A stretch of 64,000 nucleotides of DNA from Eledone cirrhosa (taxonomy: Eukaryota), in the NCBI GenBank assembly GCA_964016885.1, contig OZ024742.1, positions 62,806,001 to 62,870,000 on the forward strand. Reading direction: 5' to 3'. The position numbers and the translations under genes are program-made. Position 1 is the first letter of the stretch. Every line of letters begins with the position of its first letter. This document shows, in pieces, positions 1-15,107 of this stretch. The notes beneath the pieces are model-generated. The model saw nothing but the letters and a program-made list of their open reading frames with translations, was not told the DNA's origin and did no database searches.

Positions 1-328
1 ACATATACATACATATATATATATACATATATACATATATATATATACATATATACATATATATATATATACATATATACATATATATATATATATACAT
101 ATATACATATATATATATACATATATATATATACATATATACATACATATATATACATATATACATATATATATATACATATATACATACATATATATAC
201 ATATATACATATATATATATACATATATACATACATATATATACATATATACATACATATATATACATATATACATACATATATATACATATATATATAT
301 ATATACATACATACATATATATATATAC

Positions 329-399
<71 letters not shown>

Positions 400-462
400 C
401 ATATATACATACATATATATACATATATATATATATATACATACATACATATATATATATAC

Positions 463-500
<38 letters not shown>

Positions 501-504
501 ATAC

Positions 505-541
<37 letters not shown>

Positions 542-542
542 C

Positions 543-607
<65 letters not shown>

Positions 608-898
608 CATACATATATATATATATATATACATACATACATATATATATATATACATACATACATATATATATATATATACATACATACATATATATAT
701 ATATATACATATATACATATATATATATATACATATATACATATATATATATATACATACATACATACATATATACACATATATACACATATATACATAT
801 ATATATATATACATACATATATATACATATATATATACATATATACATACATATATATATATACATACATATATATATATACATACATATATATACGT

Positions 899-942
<44 letters not shown>

Positions 943-992
943 ATATATATATACATACATATATATACATATATATATACATATATACATAC

Positions 993-1023
<31 letters not shown>

Positions 1024-1040
1024 CATACATATATACATAC

Positions 1041-1071
<31 letters not shown>

Positions 1072-1133
1072 CATACATATATATATATACATACATATAT
1101 ATATATACATACATATATATATATACATACATA

Positions 1134-1174
<41 letters not shown>

Positions 1175-1211
1175 ACATACATATATATATACATATATAT
1201 ATATACATACA

Positions 1212-1252
<41 letters not shown>

Positions 1253-1277
1253 ACATACATATATATATATACATACA

Positions 1278-1318
<41 letters not shown>

Positions 1319-1353
1319 ACATACATATATATATATACATACATATATATACA

Positions 1354-1394
<41 letters not shown>

Positions 1395-1619
1395 ACATAC
1401 ATATATATATATACATACATATATATACATATATATATACATACATATATATATATATACATACATATATATATACATACATATATATATATACATACAT
1501 ATATACATACATATATATATATATACATACATATATATACATATATATATACATACATATATATACATATATATATACATACATATATATATATATACAT
1601 ACATATATATATATATACA

Positions 1620-1653
<34 letters not shown>

Positions 1654-1682
1654 TACACATACATACATACATACATACATAT

Positions 1683-1725
<43 letters not shown>

Positions 1726-1788
1726 CATACATATATACATACATATATATATATATACATACATATATACATACATACATATATATAT

Positions 1789-1821
<33 letters not shown>

Positions 1822-2298
1822 TATACATACATACATATATATATATGCATACATATATATACATACATACATATATATATATACATACATATATACATAT
1901 ATATATATATACATACATATATACATATATATATATATACATACATATATACATATATATATATATACATACATATATACATATATATATATATACATAC
2001 ATATATACATATATATATACATATATACATATATATATATACATACATATATACATATATATATATATACATACATATATACATATATATATATATACAT
2101 ACATATATACATATATATATATATACATACATATATACATATATACATACATATATACATATATATATACATACATATATACATATATATATATATACAT
2201 ATATACATATATATATATATACATACATACATACATACATATATATATACATACATACATACATACATATACATACATACATATATATATATATATAC

Positions 2299-2331
<33 letters not shown>

Positions 2332-2332
2332 C

Positions 2333-2363
<31 letters not shown>

Positions 2364-2364
2364 C

Positions 2365-2397
<33 letters not shown>

Positions 2398-2398
2398 C

Positions 2399-2431
<33 letters not shown>

Positions 2432-2460
2432 CATACATACATACATATATATATACATAC

Positions 2461-2491
<31 letters not shown>

Positions 2492-2492
2492 C

Positions 2493-2523
<31 letters not shown>

Positions 2524-2766
2524 CATACATACATACATACATATATATATATACATACATACATACATACATATATATATATATATACATACATACATAT
2601 ATATATATACATACATACATATATATATATATATACATACATACATATATATATATACATACATACATATATATATATATACATACATACATACATATAT
2701 ATATATATACATACATACATACATACATATATATATATATATACATACATACATATATATATATAT

Positions 2767-2797
<31 letters not shown>

Positions 2798-2834
2798 CAT
2801 ACATACATACATACATATATATATATATACATAC

Positions 2835-2865
<31 letters not shown>

Positions 2866-3097
2866 CATACATACATACATACATATATATATATATACAT
2901 ACATACATATATATATATATATACATACATACATATATATATATATACATACATACATACATATATACATACATATATACATATATACATACATATATAT
3001 ATACATACATATATATATACATATATATATACATACATATATATATACATACATATATATATACATACATATACATACACATATATATATACATACA

Positions 3098-3130
<33 letters not shown>

Positions 3131-3152
3131 TCATATATATATATATACATAC

Positions 3153-3183
<31 letters not shown>

Positions 3184-3237
3184 CATACATATATATATAT
3201 ATACATACATATACATACACATATATATATACATACA

Positions 3238-3270
<33 letters not shown>

Positions 3271-3272
3271 TC

Positions 3273-3305
<33 letters not shown>

Positions 3306-3311
3306 CATACA

Positions 3312-3343
<32 letters not shown>

Positions 3344-3366
3344 CATACATATATATATATACATAC

Positions 3367-3397
<31 letters not shown>

Positions 3398-3401
3398 CAT
3401 A

Positions 3402-3474
<73 letters not shown>

Positions 3475-3658
3475 ACATACATATATATATATACATACAT
3501 ATATATATATACATACATATATATATACATACATACATATATACATACATACATACATATATATATACATACATATATACATACATATATATATACATAC
3601 ATACATATATATACACATACATACATATATATATACACATACATACATATATATATAC

Positions 3659-3705
<47 letters not shown>

Positions 3706-3815
3706 CATATATATATACATACATATATATATACATACACATATATATATACATACATACATATATATATATATACATATACATACATATATACATATAC
3801 ATACATATACATACA

Positions 3816-3850
<35 letters not shown>

Positions 3851-4108
3851 TTATACATACATATATTTATACATACATATATTTATACATACATATATAT
3901 ATACATACATATAGTTATACATACATATATTTATACATACATATATTTATACATACATATATTTATACATACATATATTTATACATACATATATTTATAC
4001 ATACATATATTTATACATACATATATTTATACATACATATATATATACATACATATATATATACATACATATATATATTTATACATACATAGACATATAT
4101 ACATACAT

Positions 4109-4139
<31 letters not shown>

Positions 4140-4140
4140 T
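1..4140. repeat. Very long compound (TA)n/(TACA)n microsatellite
   Basis: Almost only TA/TACA/CA units for more than 4.1 kb, running off the window edge. A 16-bp TACATACATATATTTA period appears at about 3841-4080. Confidence 0.98.
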
Positions 4141-4650
4141 ACATGGTGGCTGCCAACTCGTTTTCGAGTACGGCCACTACTTTATATTCATGTAGGAAAA
4201 CCCCTACGAGTGTGACTTTTTAGTCTAGCCATTGACTTGAAAACTCTGGTACAAACACTACACTTGTGACAATTATTGACACACAGTGCTGGGCTCATGG
4301 TACCATGTGGCGCAAAGTAAAGGGAGATCTCCAGATATAAAGCAATGCCTGTGCCGTGAAGCTTTTATAGTCAGCAAAGGCACTGCGCAAAGCCAGTCCC
4401 ACTCTCTTAACCAAGATGATATTTACCAAAAAGAAGAACAAGTCAACATCATTGGATACCATCAGGGTTGCATGTGTTATATCAGAATTTTCCTTCTAGA
4501 ATTCTGCCTTGACAAAGGCTAAGGGGTCATCTCTCCCGGACATATATATATACAGCCATACATACATACATATATACATACATACAGGTATATACATACA
4601 TATACATATACATAAATATACATACATACACATATATATATGTATACTTT

Positions 4651-4684
<34 letters not shown>

Positions 4685-4687
<3 letters not shown>

Positions 4688-6549
4688 GTTAACTGTTATA
4701 AGGGTAAAGGAGATGCCCTAGATAGGAGTAACTATAGAGGCATTAAATTAATCGACCAGGTCATGAAGGTCACGGAAAAAGTAATAGCGCAACTAATCAG
4801 AGAGAGAATTGACCTAGATGAAATGCAGTTCGGGTTTGTGTCAGGCAAAACTACCACAGACGCTCTTTTCATTGTACGACAACTACAGGAGTAGTACCTA
4901 GCTAAAGGTAAACCCCTCTACTTAGCTTTTGTCGACTTGGAGAAAGCCTTCGACAGAGTCTCCCGTTCCATTATCTGGTGGGCCCTTAGAAAACTAGGTG
5001 TCGACGAATGGCTTGTGAGAGCTATACAAGCCATGTATAAAGAAACAGTCAGCAAGGTTAGAATTAACAACGAATATAGTGAAGAGTTTAGCGTAAAAGT
5101 TGGCGTCCATCAGGGCTCTGTTCTCAGCCCCCTACTATTTATTATTGCCCTTCAGGCTATAACAGAGGAGTTCAAGACCGGCTGCCCATGGGAACTCCTA
5201 TACGCAGACGACCTGACACTCATAGCTGAATCAATGGCCGAGCTAGAGAAGAAATTCCAAACATGGAAGCACGGCCTAGAGTCAAAAGGCCTTAACATTA
5301 ACCTGGCTAAGACTAAAGTTCTAGTTTGCAGGAAAGAAAATAAGACGGCGGTCCCTTCCGGGAAATGGCCATGCTCAGTGTGTAGGAAAGGCGTAGGTAG
5401 AAACTCCATTTTATGTCCCAAATGCAAAGTATGGGTGCATAAAAGATGGAGTGGGATCACAGGTAAGCTAACTAAGAATATAGATTTTATATGTGGCCGG
5501 TGCTCTGGTGCAATAAGTAGCAACAAGTGCCCATCAAATACTAGCTCTTACAACTGCGCAGAGGGCTCTATAGAAATAGTGGACAGCTTCCGTTACCTGG
5601 GTGACAAAATCAGCAGTGGGGGAGGGTGCTCTGAAAGTACAGTAGCTAGAGTCAGAACTGGATGGAAAAAGTTCAGAGAGCTTATACCACTATTAGCCGC
5701 TAAAGGGTTCTCCCTAAAAATGAAAGGCAGGTTGTATGATGCCTGCATACGAACAGCAATGTTGCATGGCAGTGAGACCTGGGCATTGTGTGCAGAGGAT
5801 ATACGCAGACTAGAGAGGAACGAAGCTTGCATGCTCCGCTGGATGTGTAATAGTAATATACGTGAACGGCAAAGCATAAACGAACTAAGGAAAAAATTAG
5901 AAATAAGAGGGATCAGATGTTGTTTACTCGAGAGAAGGCTACGTTGGTATGGACACGTGATGCGCATGAAAGTCGATAGCTGTATAACAAAGTGCAGGGC
6001 AATAAAGATAGACGGTAGCCACGGAATAGGCAGACCTAGAAAAACCTGGGACGAGCTGATAAACTCCGACCTCACACACTTACACCTCTCCAAGACAATG
6101 TCACTGGACCGAGACCTTTGGCGGTACTCAGTAATAGAGAAGACCCGCCTTACCTAAATACATAGTAAAACCTACTACAGCCAGTAGGCACCTCTAACAA
6201 AATACACCCCCGTCCCACCACCCCCACCCCATCCACACCCTTCTATGTAAAGTTATGTTGGTGCCACACCATCCAGGCCGAAACAAATGAGATCGTGTAG
6301 GTGTCACGACAAAAAAACAGTCCACGCTGTAATGTGGCCGTGTAGGCAACACGGTAAAAACCTCCCAGACCCACACTGTAAATGTGGTTGGTGTTAGGAA
6401 GGGCATCCAACTGTAGAAAACCTGCCAGACAGTCCTATGCGAGCAAGACAATCACTCTTGCCTCAAGTGGGACTACCCCCGTCCAAACCCATGCAAGCGT
6501 GGAACACGGACGTTAAACGTTGATGATGATGATGATGATGATGATGATA
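4685..6549 (+). mobile_element. 5'-truncated RTE-clade LINE (RT with PHD-like insert, 3' UTR, (GAT)n tail)
   Basis: NYRGIKL, QFGF, FVDLEKAFDRV, GVHQGSVLSPLLF, LLYADDL, FRYLG, RRLRWYGHV, GRPRKTW. One in-frame stop at about 4892, ORF ends 6157, (GAT)n tail at about 6522-6549. Confidence 0.93.
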
Positions 6550-6792
6550 CATATATATACATATAAATATTATATATACAGAATTTACACAAAGGCTTTG
6601 CAATCTAATAAATACTGCTTCTACAGGTAATAAAAGTGTATACATTTTTGGGGGACACCCTGTATATATATATATATGTGTGTGTGCGTCCGTATGTGGT
6701 TGACAGCTGAAAGAAATGAGTACTCAATATCGAAGTAGAGTTAATATTAATTTTATTAAGGCTAAATAGCAAGTCTTGTTATAAGAAAACAT

Positions 6793-6894
6793 GAGGTTAA
6801 CTTTGCCTTTCATCCTTACGGGGGTCGATAAAATAAAGTACCAGTAATGTACTGAGTTATTGCTGGCCTTGTGCCTAAAATAGAAACAATTATT
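6793..6894 (+). mobile_element. Dominant tRNA-derived SINE (family A), 5'-truncated
   Basis: GAGGTTAACTTTGCCTTTCATCCTTACGGGGTCGATAAAATAAAGTACCAG...GGCCTTGTGCC...AGAAACAATTATT, near-identical to many other copies in the window. Confidence 0.88.
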
Positions 6895-8033
6895 TAGCCT
6901 TAATAAAATGTGTATGTATGTATATACATACACATTATTATCTGACAAAGGCCATTCCCTATATATATATATATACACACATTCTCCAAATAAAAGCAGG
7001 TCCTTTTTGTTTTGTCTTTCAGGATATGTGCAATGGTTTAGAATAGGTGGAATTTGTGCCCGAAATCAAAGTACACAGGTTCAATTTACAGCTGGGACAG
7101 CAACAATAAGTACAGAAGCAACAATTGCTAAAACTGATTGGTCTAGACAAAGGTTTTTGTAGATGACTGCTGATATGACAGTAGCGGGGTGGGGGTGATT
7201 GTTGGACTATTGATAGAGGTGGTGGCGTAGTATTGTGGTGGTAATGTTCGAATATTTGATGGTAGTGTAATGTTGTGGTGGTGACAGATTGCGTAGTAGT
7301 ACAGTAGTGGTGGTGGTATAGTGGTAGTGGTGACTGATGGACTATGTTGGTGATGACGCTATTATTGTTGATATTTTGGTATCGCATGGCGGTGGAGAAC
7401 GATAGAGAGAATGAGATTCAGGCAGTGTTATGTTTAGTTTGTGCGGAGAAGTGTGTGAAGACAGAATAGTATACCGTGTATATGTATATTAATGCGCTAT
7501 TGTGTGTGTGTGTGTGTGTTAATTAAACCTATTGTTAATGTGTGTATATTAATGCTTCCATTGTGAATATGTGATTGTGTATATATGTATTTTAATGCCT
7601 CTATTGTGAATGTGTGTATATATAAATGCCAAGAAGAATGTGTAAAATATATATAGCTGTGTGTACGTGCGCGCGCGAGAGTGAACTAAGACAAAGAAAA
7701 TTTGTGCAAGACGTTTTTACATAATGTGCGTGTATAATTACATATAATATACATACAAGACATAATTAGCGGAAATCTGAACATACACAAAGCGATTGTT
7801 TTGTCCGATATTAATAAATTTTATTGAAAAATGCATACATAGAATACACAGGATTACACAAACATTAATATACACGTTTTGAATGTTTGTGACACACCGT
7901 TCTTATATACATATATACGCAAATTATGTAGACACAGACGTTAGTGTGTCTGCTTAGAAAGAGAAACAAAAGATATACGGTAAACGACATATATACGCGT
8001 GTTTATGAATAGAGAGAAACGTTAACAGGTAAA

Positions 8034-8119
<86 letters not shown>

Positions 8120-8921
8120 GTGTGTACTGAGAATGAAATAAATAAACGAGATCAATTTACTGCACCAAGAAATGTCAAGTCTATTGAAGAGACACTTATC
8201 AAAGTCGCTCGAGGCAACGAATCGGTCGATCGACCTGCCAAAAAAGGTAGCCATCACACTACCATGTATACCACCACCACATCATCATCATCGTTGTGTA
8301 ATCCAAACCAACAATACTACACACTACCACCACCATTAAAAGGACTAGCACACAACCCATTGTACAGATGTTGCAGTAGAGGTGGTAGTTGTGAAGCTTA
8401 GAAATAGCACTAATGGGGGAGGGGGCGTCGTGACGACGGTGCCGATAGTACAGGTGAATAAGGATAGAATACTATGTGAGTAATGGTAACAGTTTATTAA
8501 CAAAAAGGTGAATATAGGCAACGAGGACTACCCAAGGTGCACTACAATTATTATAGTCGGTTACCCAAAGGACGACAGCTGAAAGTGTAGGAGGTAGGGG
8601 CAGAACTGTTCATGAACGACAGCTGTGGAAGAGTCGGTTACACCAAAGACAACCACAAGTGTTTGGAGCAACAGATATTGTCATTGTTAGTGTGTACTCA
8701 ACCTCCATATTGCGTCTTGATTGCTCTTTTTTTTCGTTTGTACCCATATGTATGTACGTATATATATATTAAATGTTTTAAGAACTTTTGTTATATACAT
8801 ATTTTTTATTAAGTGATGAGTTTTGTTACTCTGGAGCTTTCACCTGCGTAGTCACAGCTATATATATATATATATATACACACACACAGCTATATATATC
8901 AATCTACACATACACACACAG

Positions 8922-9058
8922 TGGCGCAGGCATGGCAGAGTATTTAAGGAGTTATTTCTGGGGATTCAGTCCCACTGCGTGATACCATGAGTAAGTGTCA
9001 TCTATGGTCTCCGGTTGAACAATGCCTTTTGTGTGGAATTTGGTAGAGAAATTGTGTA
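8922..9058 (+). mobile_element. Degenerate tRNA-derived SINE of a second family (CORE-like)
   Basis: GGCGCAGGCATGGC head, B-box-like GATTCAGTCCC, CORE-like CCATGAGTAAGTGTC. A related head lies on the minus strand at about 24478-24547. Confidence 0.55.
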
Positions 9059-9066
9059 CGTATATG

Positions 9067-9335
9067 TGTGAGGGTCGGTGACTGGTAAAGCAGTGGGAAA
9101 TTTGAAAATATAGTCGCCCCAATAGAAGATGATTGAAATAATTGTTTCTACTTTTGGCACAAGGCCAGCAATGTGAGGGTTGGTGACTGGTAAAGCAGTG
9201 GGAAATTTGAAAATATAGTCGCCCCCAATAGATGATTGAAATAATTTTCTACCTTTGGCACAAGGCCAGCAATTACTCAGTGCATTACTGGTACTTTACT
9301 GGGTAATTGCTGGCCTTGTGCCAAAAGTAGAAACT
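9067..9335. repeat. About 105-bp tandem duplication containing SINE A 3' ends, followed by an inverted SINE A end
   Basis: 9067-9172 is repeated at 9173-9273. A minus-strand SINE tail (9240-9297) abuts a plus-strand tail (9297-9334). Confidence 0.85.
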
Positions 9336-9469
9336 TGAAATAATGATTGATAATTGTAAATAATAATTGAAATGGAAAATAGTGGACAGAGATAACTGTG
9401 TATATGCGTTTTGAACTTCCCTCAATAGCCCTCTGAAACGTAAAATAATTTATTTTGCTGACGGACAAC

Positions 9470-9537
9470 TCGCAGCCAGGAATCGAACTCACGGCTTTAT
9501 GATCAAGAGCCGAACACCCCAGCCATTAAGCCACGCA
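9470..9537 (-). mobile_element. tRNA-like SINE head (third family)
   Basis: Minus strand reads GCGTGGCTTAATGG...GTGAGTTCGATTCC (A and B boxes). Related to 21505-21780. Confidence 0.6.
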
Positions 9538-10393
9538 GGCACACACACACACGAACGTTAGTCTGTGTGATGATTAACGCTAAAATTCAAAAGATTCAAG
9601 GGCACACACACACACGCTCACTAATGTCAAAACATGTTATTATCAGAGAGCTGTGTTCAGCATACTGTATGCATGCGAGTCCGTGGACTCTAGCTTAAAT
9701 ATTAATACACACACACACACATTCCCTCTCTCTCTAAAGGTATAGCGAACACTCACTTTGCTGAAACAAATATAACTATGTTGTACAAAAAATGAATGAA
9801 TAAATAACAGAAAGAGAGAGATTTGTCTATAGACAGATACATTATTTATTAATATAAAAGTTTACGTATATAAACCTGATTTTCCTAACTACTTAATATA
9901 TGTATATGACGAGACTTGATATGTGTAAATGTATATATGACAAGACGGTAAGACAAAGAAATACCTGTGTTATGTTAAATACCCTACAACACAGTTGTTC
10001 GCCTCGTATCAGTACATACACGTGTAAGTCTATATATGACAAGGTCACATATGTGCATACATGTTTGTATGACCTTAGTTTATGTATGTGTCGGTGGGAA
10101 TAGGTACACGTGTGTGTGTGTGTAAATGTCTTTGAATAAACAAAATGTCAAAACTATAGAACTTACTGGAAATATACACACATGCATTTATAAAGGGCAC
10201 TATGATAAATAAAAGGCACAAACAGACGTGTGTGTATGTATGTATATATATATATATGTATATATATAAACAAAACTAGAAAGTCATACACTTGCGTGTA
10301 TTTTCATACTTCGATACGCACAATAAGACATGTTCGTTACTTCTGACAGATTATACATAAATGTGCGTGTATGTGTGTAAAACGATAAACACA

Positions 10394-10438
<45 letters not shown>

Positions 10439-10969
10439 AGATTCATTTCCTGCAGGCGGTTCTGCCACATATCCCATGTATAAAAATAGTTTATCAAACA
10501 AAATCTAAGCCGTTCTATATATGCTTGTTTTCGAATACAAATGTTCAATATATACATATATTGAATATTGATATACGAGAACAAGCCACACAAATAGGCC
10601 CGTGTAAAATCAGCAGCATCCATATACAGTTAACGAACAAAAGGATGTAAAAAAAATTTCAAATGATAACGAATTTAAAATATATCTTCAAATAAGATAA
10701 AGAAACGATAACGAGAAATATACGAGCGTGTATATAATATATACAACTAAATACATTATATATATATATATATATATATATAAAGAGAGAGAGATAGTTA
10801 AGTGTTTGTATGTGTGTGCAAGTGGAGAAAGCTTAGCTGTCACAACTGTCTACACACATGTTGCAATATCTGTCTAGAGCTAAACCACGTGCTGCAAGCT
10901 AAGACATTTCACAAACGATCACTCGCTTTCGTCGTTTCTTTTTTAGCTAATACGACAAACACAAATTTG

Positions 10970-11033
10970 TGTATGTGTATATATATATATATATAATATA
11001 TATATATAATATATATATGTATGTATGTATATG

Positions 11034-11066
<33 letters not shown>

Positions 11067-11545
11067 ATATATACATATATATATATGTGTGTGTGTGTGT
11101 GTATATATACATATATATATGTGTGTGTGTGTGTATATATACATATGTGTGTGTGTGTATATATACATATATGTGTGTGTATATATATATACATATATGT
11201 GTGTATATATACATGTGTGTGTATATATACATATATGTGTGTGTGTATATATACATATATGTGTGTGTATATATACATATATGTGTGTGTATATATACAT
11301 ATATGTGTGTGTATATATATACATATGTGTGTGTATATATACATATATGTGTGTGTGTGTGTATATATACATATGTGTGTATATATATACATATATGTGT
11401 GTATATATACACATATATGTGTGTATATATACATGTGCGTGTGTATATATACATATGTGCGTGTGTATATATACATATGTGCGTGTATATATATACATAT
11501 GTGCGTGTATATATAGATATATATATATATATACACACACACATA
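10970..11545. repeat. Compound (TG)n(TA)n minisatellite with a 20-22 bp unit
   Basis: Repeating TGTGTGTATATATACATATA-type units. Confidence 0.95.
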
Positions 11546-12047
11546 AAATCAAAGTGGGAGAGGGAGGAAAATGAAACAAAGGCTTTTCTTAATTAAAAAC
11601 TTTCATACTCATTGTTAACCTCAACCATATCACACATGCGTATGAAATTACATACGCGTGCAATTTATATATATATATATAATGTGTGTGTGTGTGTGTG
11701 CACATATGCGTGTAGAACTAACAAAGAATTTACTGTTATATAAAAATACATAGAAAGATATACTGACACACACGTATTTACTTACACACAACTCACACAA
11801 AGAAATGTAATAATTACAAACTTACATAATACACACATATATACATAAATCGATATGAACAATTGTATAGTTACACTAACATGATTCTACACAATAATTG
11901 TACATATATATATTTCAACATATTAAAACATTTTTTAAAACTCCCTCCAAAATACATATAGATGCACCATATTTTAAAATTAAAACTTTTCTTTCGCTTC
12001 TGACCACATGTGGTCTAGTAGAATGACAAAGCTATATCACACACACA

Positions 12048-12082
<35 letters not shown>

Positions 12083-12444
12083 ACTCACGTGCGTATGAAA
12101 GTATTCTAAGAGAAGTACCTGTATTTTTTTAAACTTTGTCCAAAGATCACAAATCAAGACAAAAGGCTAAACTAGGTAATCGCATACATACGTATGAATG
12201 TGTGTTTAATACACAAAAATCCATGGAATATTAAAATAAATATTTATACACGTGTCCATAATTTCTTTTTTTTTTAAGTTTTACCTTTAACACACATGGA
12301 ACACAAACATTACATAAGTTAAACAAAATATAGTATGTAAGCATTATATATATATATATATATATATATATACTAAATAAAGATATAGATAGATAAATTA
12401 TAAATATATATATATATATATATATACATATTTGTTCATCTTAC

Positions 12445-12511
12445 CTTCACAAGGAATTTGGTATTGAAGTGATAGCAAAGCTAAAATAGCGCTTTGCTCG
12501 TCCTTATCCAT
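12445..12511 (-). CDS. Candidate first coding exon of an unidentified host gene (MDKDEQSAILALLSLQYQIPCE, phase-1 donor)
   Basis: Non-repetitive island. AACAAAATGG start context, 22 open codons plus 1 nt, ending at AAG|GTAAGA donor. No homologue recognised. Confidence 0.4.
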
Positions 12512-12854
12512 TTTGTTATTGTGGCAAGTGAGGAACAGTTGTCAAATGAACGAAGGCGAGAATGAGGGAGGGGGAAACACAGCTAAAATGAGAGTGGGGT
12601 TTGAGAGAGTGATAGAGAGACAAAACAGATAGATTGACAGAGAGGGAGACAAACTGATAGACAGATCGAGAAGGATGTGATATAGAGATTGAGAGAAGAA
12701 TGAAACAACTCCACGGTGAGCGAACACACAAACTGACAAACTGTCTTGGCTGACTGTTCCGAGTTCAAATAACCATGATACCTCTCAAACACTCGTGCTC
12801 GTGTTGTTTTCTTTTCTTTTTGAAACTCCTTTGTTTGTTTCTCTTTCTCTCTCA

Positions 12855-12914
<60 letters not shown>

Positions 12915-13644
12915 TTTCTTCTAGTTACTACTTATTGTCATTAGTATGTCAAGTCTGTCGTTGTTTTGAAAGTTGTTTGTTGCTGTTGATGGAGTTGAGT
13001 AGTGGGGGTGGTAGTAGTAGTAGTGGTGGTGGTGGTAATGGCGGAGTTGTTGGTATTAGTGGTAAAAATGGTGGTGGAGTTGTTGATAGTAGTAGTGATG
13101 TTAATGCTTATCAAGATGTTGGTGATGGGGGAAGTGGTGTTGGTACTGCTACTGTTGTTGCTTCTACTTCTTCGCCTCACTCACACACTCACTCAACTGA
13201 TTGACATTGAGGTGAAGAAGTAAATGCTTGACAACACTACATGACACTTCACCACACCATACCACGCTACACTATTATATTATTCCGAGAAGGCATCTAC
13301 ATGGTCACTCCACATGCTAGAAATAGTAGCCAAATCTTCCTCAAATGACGCCATACCGGTTTATATAAGAAGAGGTTACATTAACGAATGTAGTCCTGCA
13401 TAAGGCTAAACATAAGGGATGGTCATGGTTGGAAAGCTTTTTTTCATGCGTCAACCGAATCACACACGATCTAGGGCTAAAAAGGGACACTTCTTTCTGG
13501 CCTCACTATCAAAATAGCTCAAACCACAGCGATGGTCACGGCTTGAACGCCTCAAACTTTAGTCGACTCAAGAGTCTGACAGGTTAGTCACACCGTCAGA
13601 CTGAGTGAAGGCAATTGATGAGAAAGGAAAGAAAGAGAAGTATG

Positions 13645-13720
13645 TTTGTGAGTGAAACGCACGTGGAGTGGAGTGGAGTGTGGCTATAAGCTCCGCCCAG
13701 TTTAAATTGATGACAGACAC
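13645..13720 (-). promoter_or_regulatory. Candidate promoter/enhancer motif cluster
   Basis: On the minus strand: CTGTCA (TGACAG, TALE-type site), GGGCGG GC box, weak TATA-like CTTATAG, CACGTG E-box and Inr-like TCACTC, about 1.1 kb upstream of the candidate ATG. Motif evidence only. Confidence 0.3.
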
Positions 13721-14436
13721 ATAAAGAGCGGGAGGAAGATAGCTAGAAAGACAGGCTAAATAGGAAGGAATATTTATATAGTTAGAGAGAGAGAGAGAGA
13801 GTATAAGGTAGATAGATAGGTAGGTCGTGAAAGAAGTAAGGTTAAAAACAAAGACAATATTAAACAGATATATTTGAGTATTGGCAATGCCGTGTCACCG
13901 AAGACTGGGTCTTTGGACTCGTTCGTGTCATATTCCCGGCGCTAGCATATATTGATATATCCGTTTGTCTATGTATCTATCTATCTCTCTATATATGTAA
14001 CTTGTTTATCCACTTATAAGTTAGTTAAGCCACGTACGTTAAACAAGGAAGGAATATTGATGAAATAACAGATTGTTAGATTTGTTTATTTTTTTTCATA
14101 TATGAAAACTCGTAAGTAAGAAGTGAGAACTGTCTAAGTCTAAACCAACATGTAGGGAGGAGGAGATGGGGTTTAGGGATAACTATATAGGTAAGTAGAT
14201 AGATAGGTAGAGATAAAAAGTGTAGAGATATGTAGATATGGAGGGGGAGAAAGAGCGAGATAAATATAGATTGACGGATAGATAGTTTAGACAAAAGACA
14301 GATAATTGTATGTGTGTGTTGGGTGGGGGACACACATAGGTAGATAGATATGAATGGATTGCAGATAAATGCAGGCGGGTTGATAGAGAGAAACAAGAGT
14401 CAAATACACATAAACATATATATATATATATATCAT

Positions 14437-14535
14437 TAAACTTTGCCTTTCATCCTTATGGGGTCGATAAAATAAAGTACCAGTAATACACTGAGATAAT
14501 TGCTGGCCTTGTGCCGAAAGTAGAAACAATTATTA
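14437..14535 (+). mobile_element. SINE A, 5'-truncated
   Basis: Same core and AGAAACAATTATTAT tail. Confidence 0.88.
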
Positions 14536-14696
14536 TGGCCAGTTACTACAACGGCGCCATACCAGGTACGTACGTTTCGTTAGTCCTGAGGACCAGCTTG
14601 TTCTACCTGTGCCGCTGAAAATTAACCGGTTGATTTTCATCCAAGTTAGATGGAAATATCCAAGGGTATGAGCTCTCTCTCTCTCTCTCTCTCTCG

Positions 14697-14746
<50 letters not shown>

Positions 14747-15107
14747 CGAGAGAGAGAGAAAGAGAGATAAATAAAGACTAGCAAATAAAATAATAAATTT
14801 AAGTTTAAAATCAACCCACCTAACCCTCTTTATCTCCCTTATACACTTTCTCTTTTCTTAAACTCCTCTCTCTATGTCTTTTACTCTCGTTTTCTCTATC
14901 TCTTAAATTTTCCTATATCTCTCTTACACCCCTTTGTCTATCTCTATCTACCAATTCCTCTCTAATTTTATCCTACTCTATCTCGCTTCTTTTCTTCTTC
15001 TATCCCTCCGCCTCTCTCTCACTCTCCTATTTAATTTCCACTCCTTCTCTAGTACTACTCCTACACACTCCCTCCCTCTCTCTCTCTTTCTCCCTCTCTC
15101 TTTCTCC

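Noticed and set aside
909-4195. Three ORFs of about 1000 aa rich in Y/I/H/T
   Set aside because: They are translations of stop-free TA/TACA microsatellite in all frames. The same applies to the many YI, CV, TH and ER repeat ORFs elsewhere.
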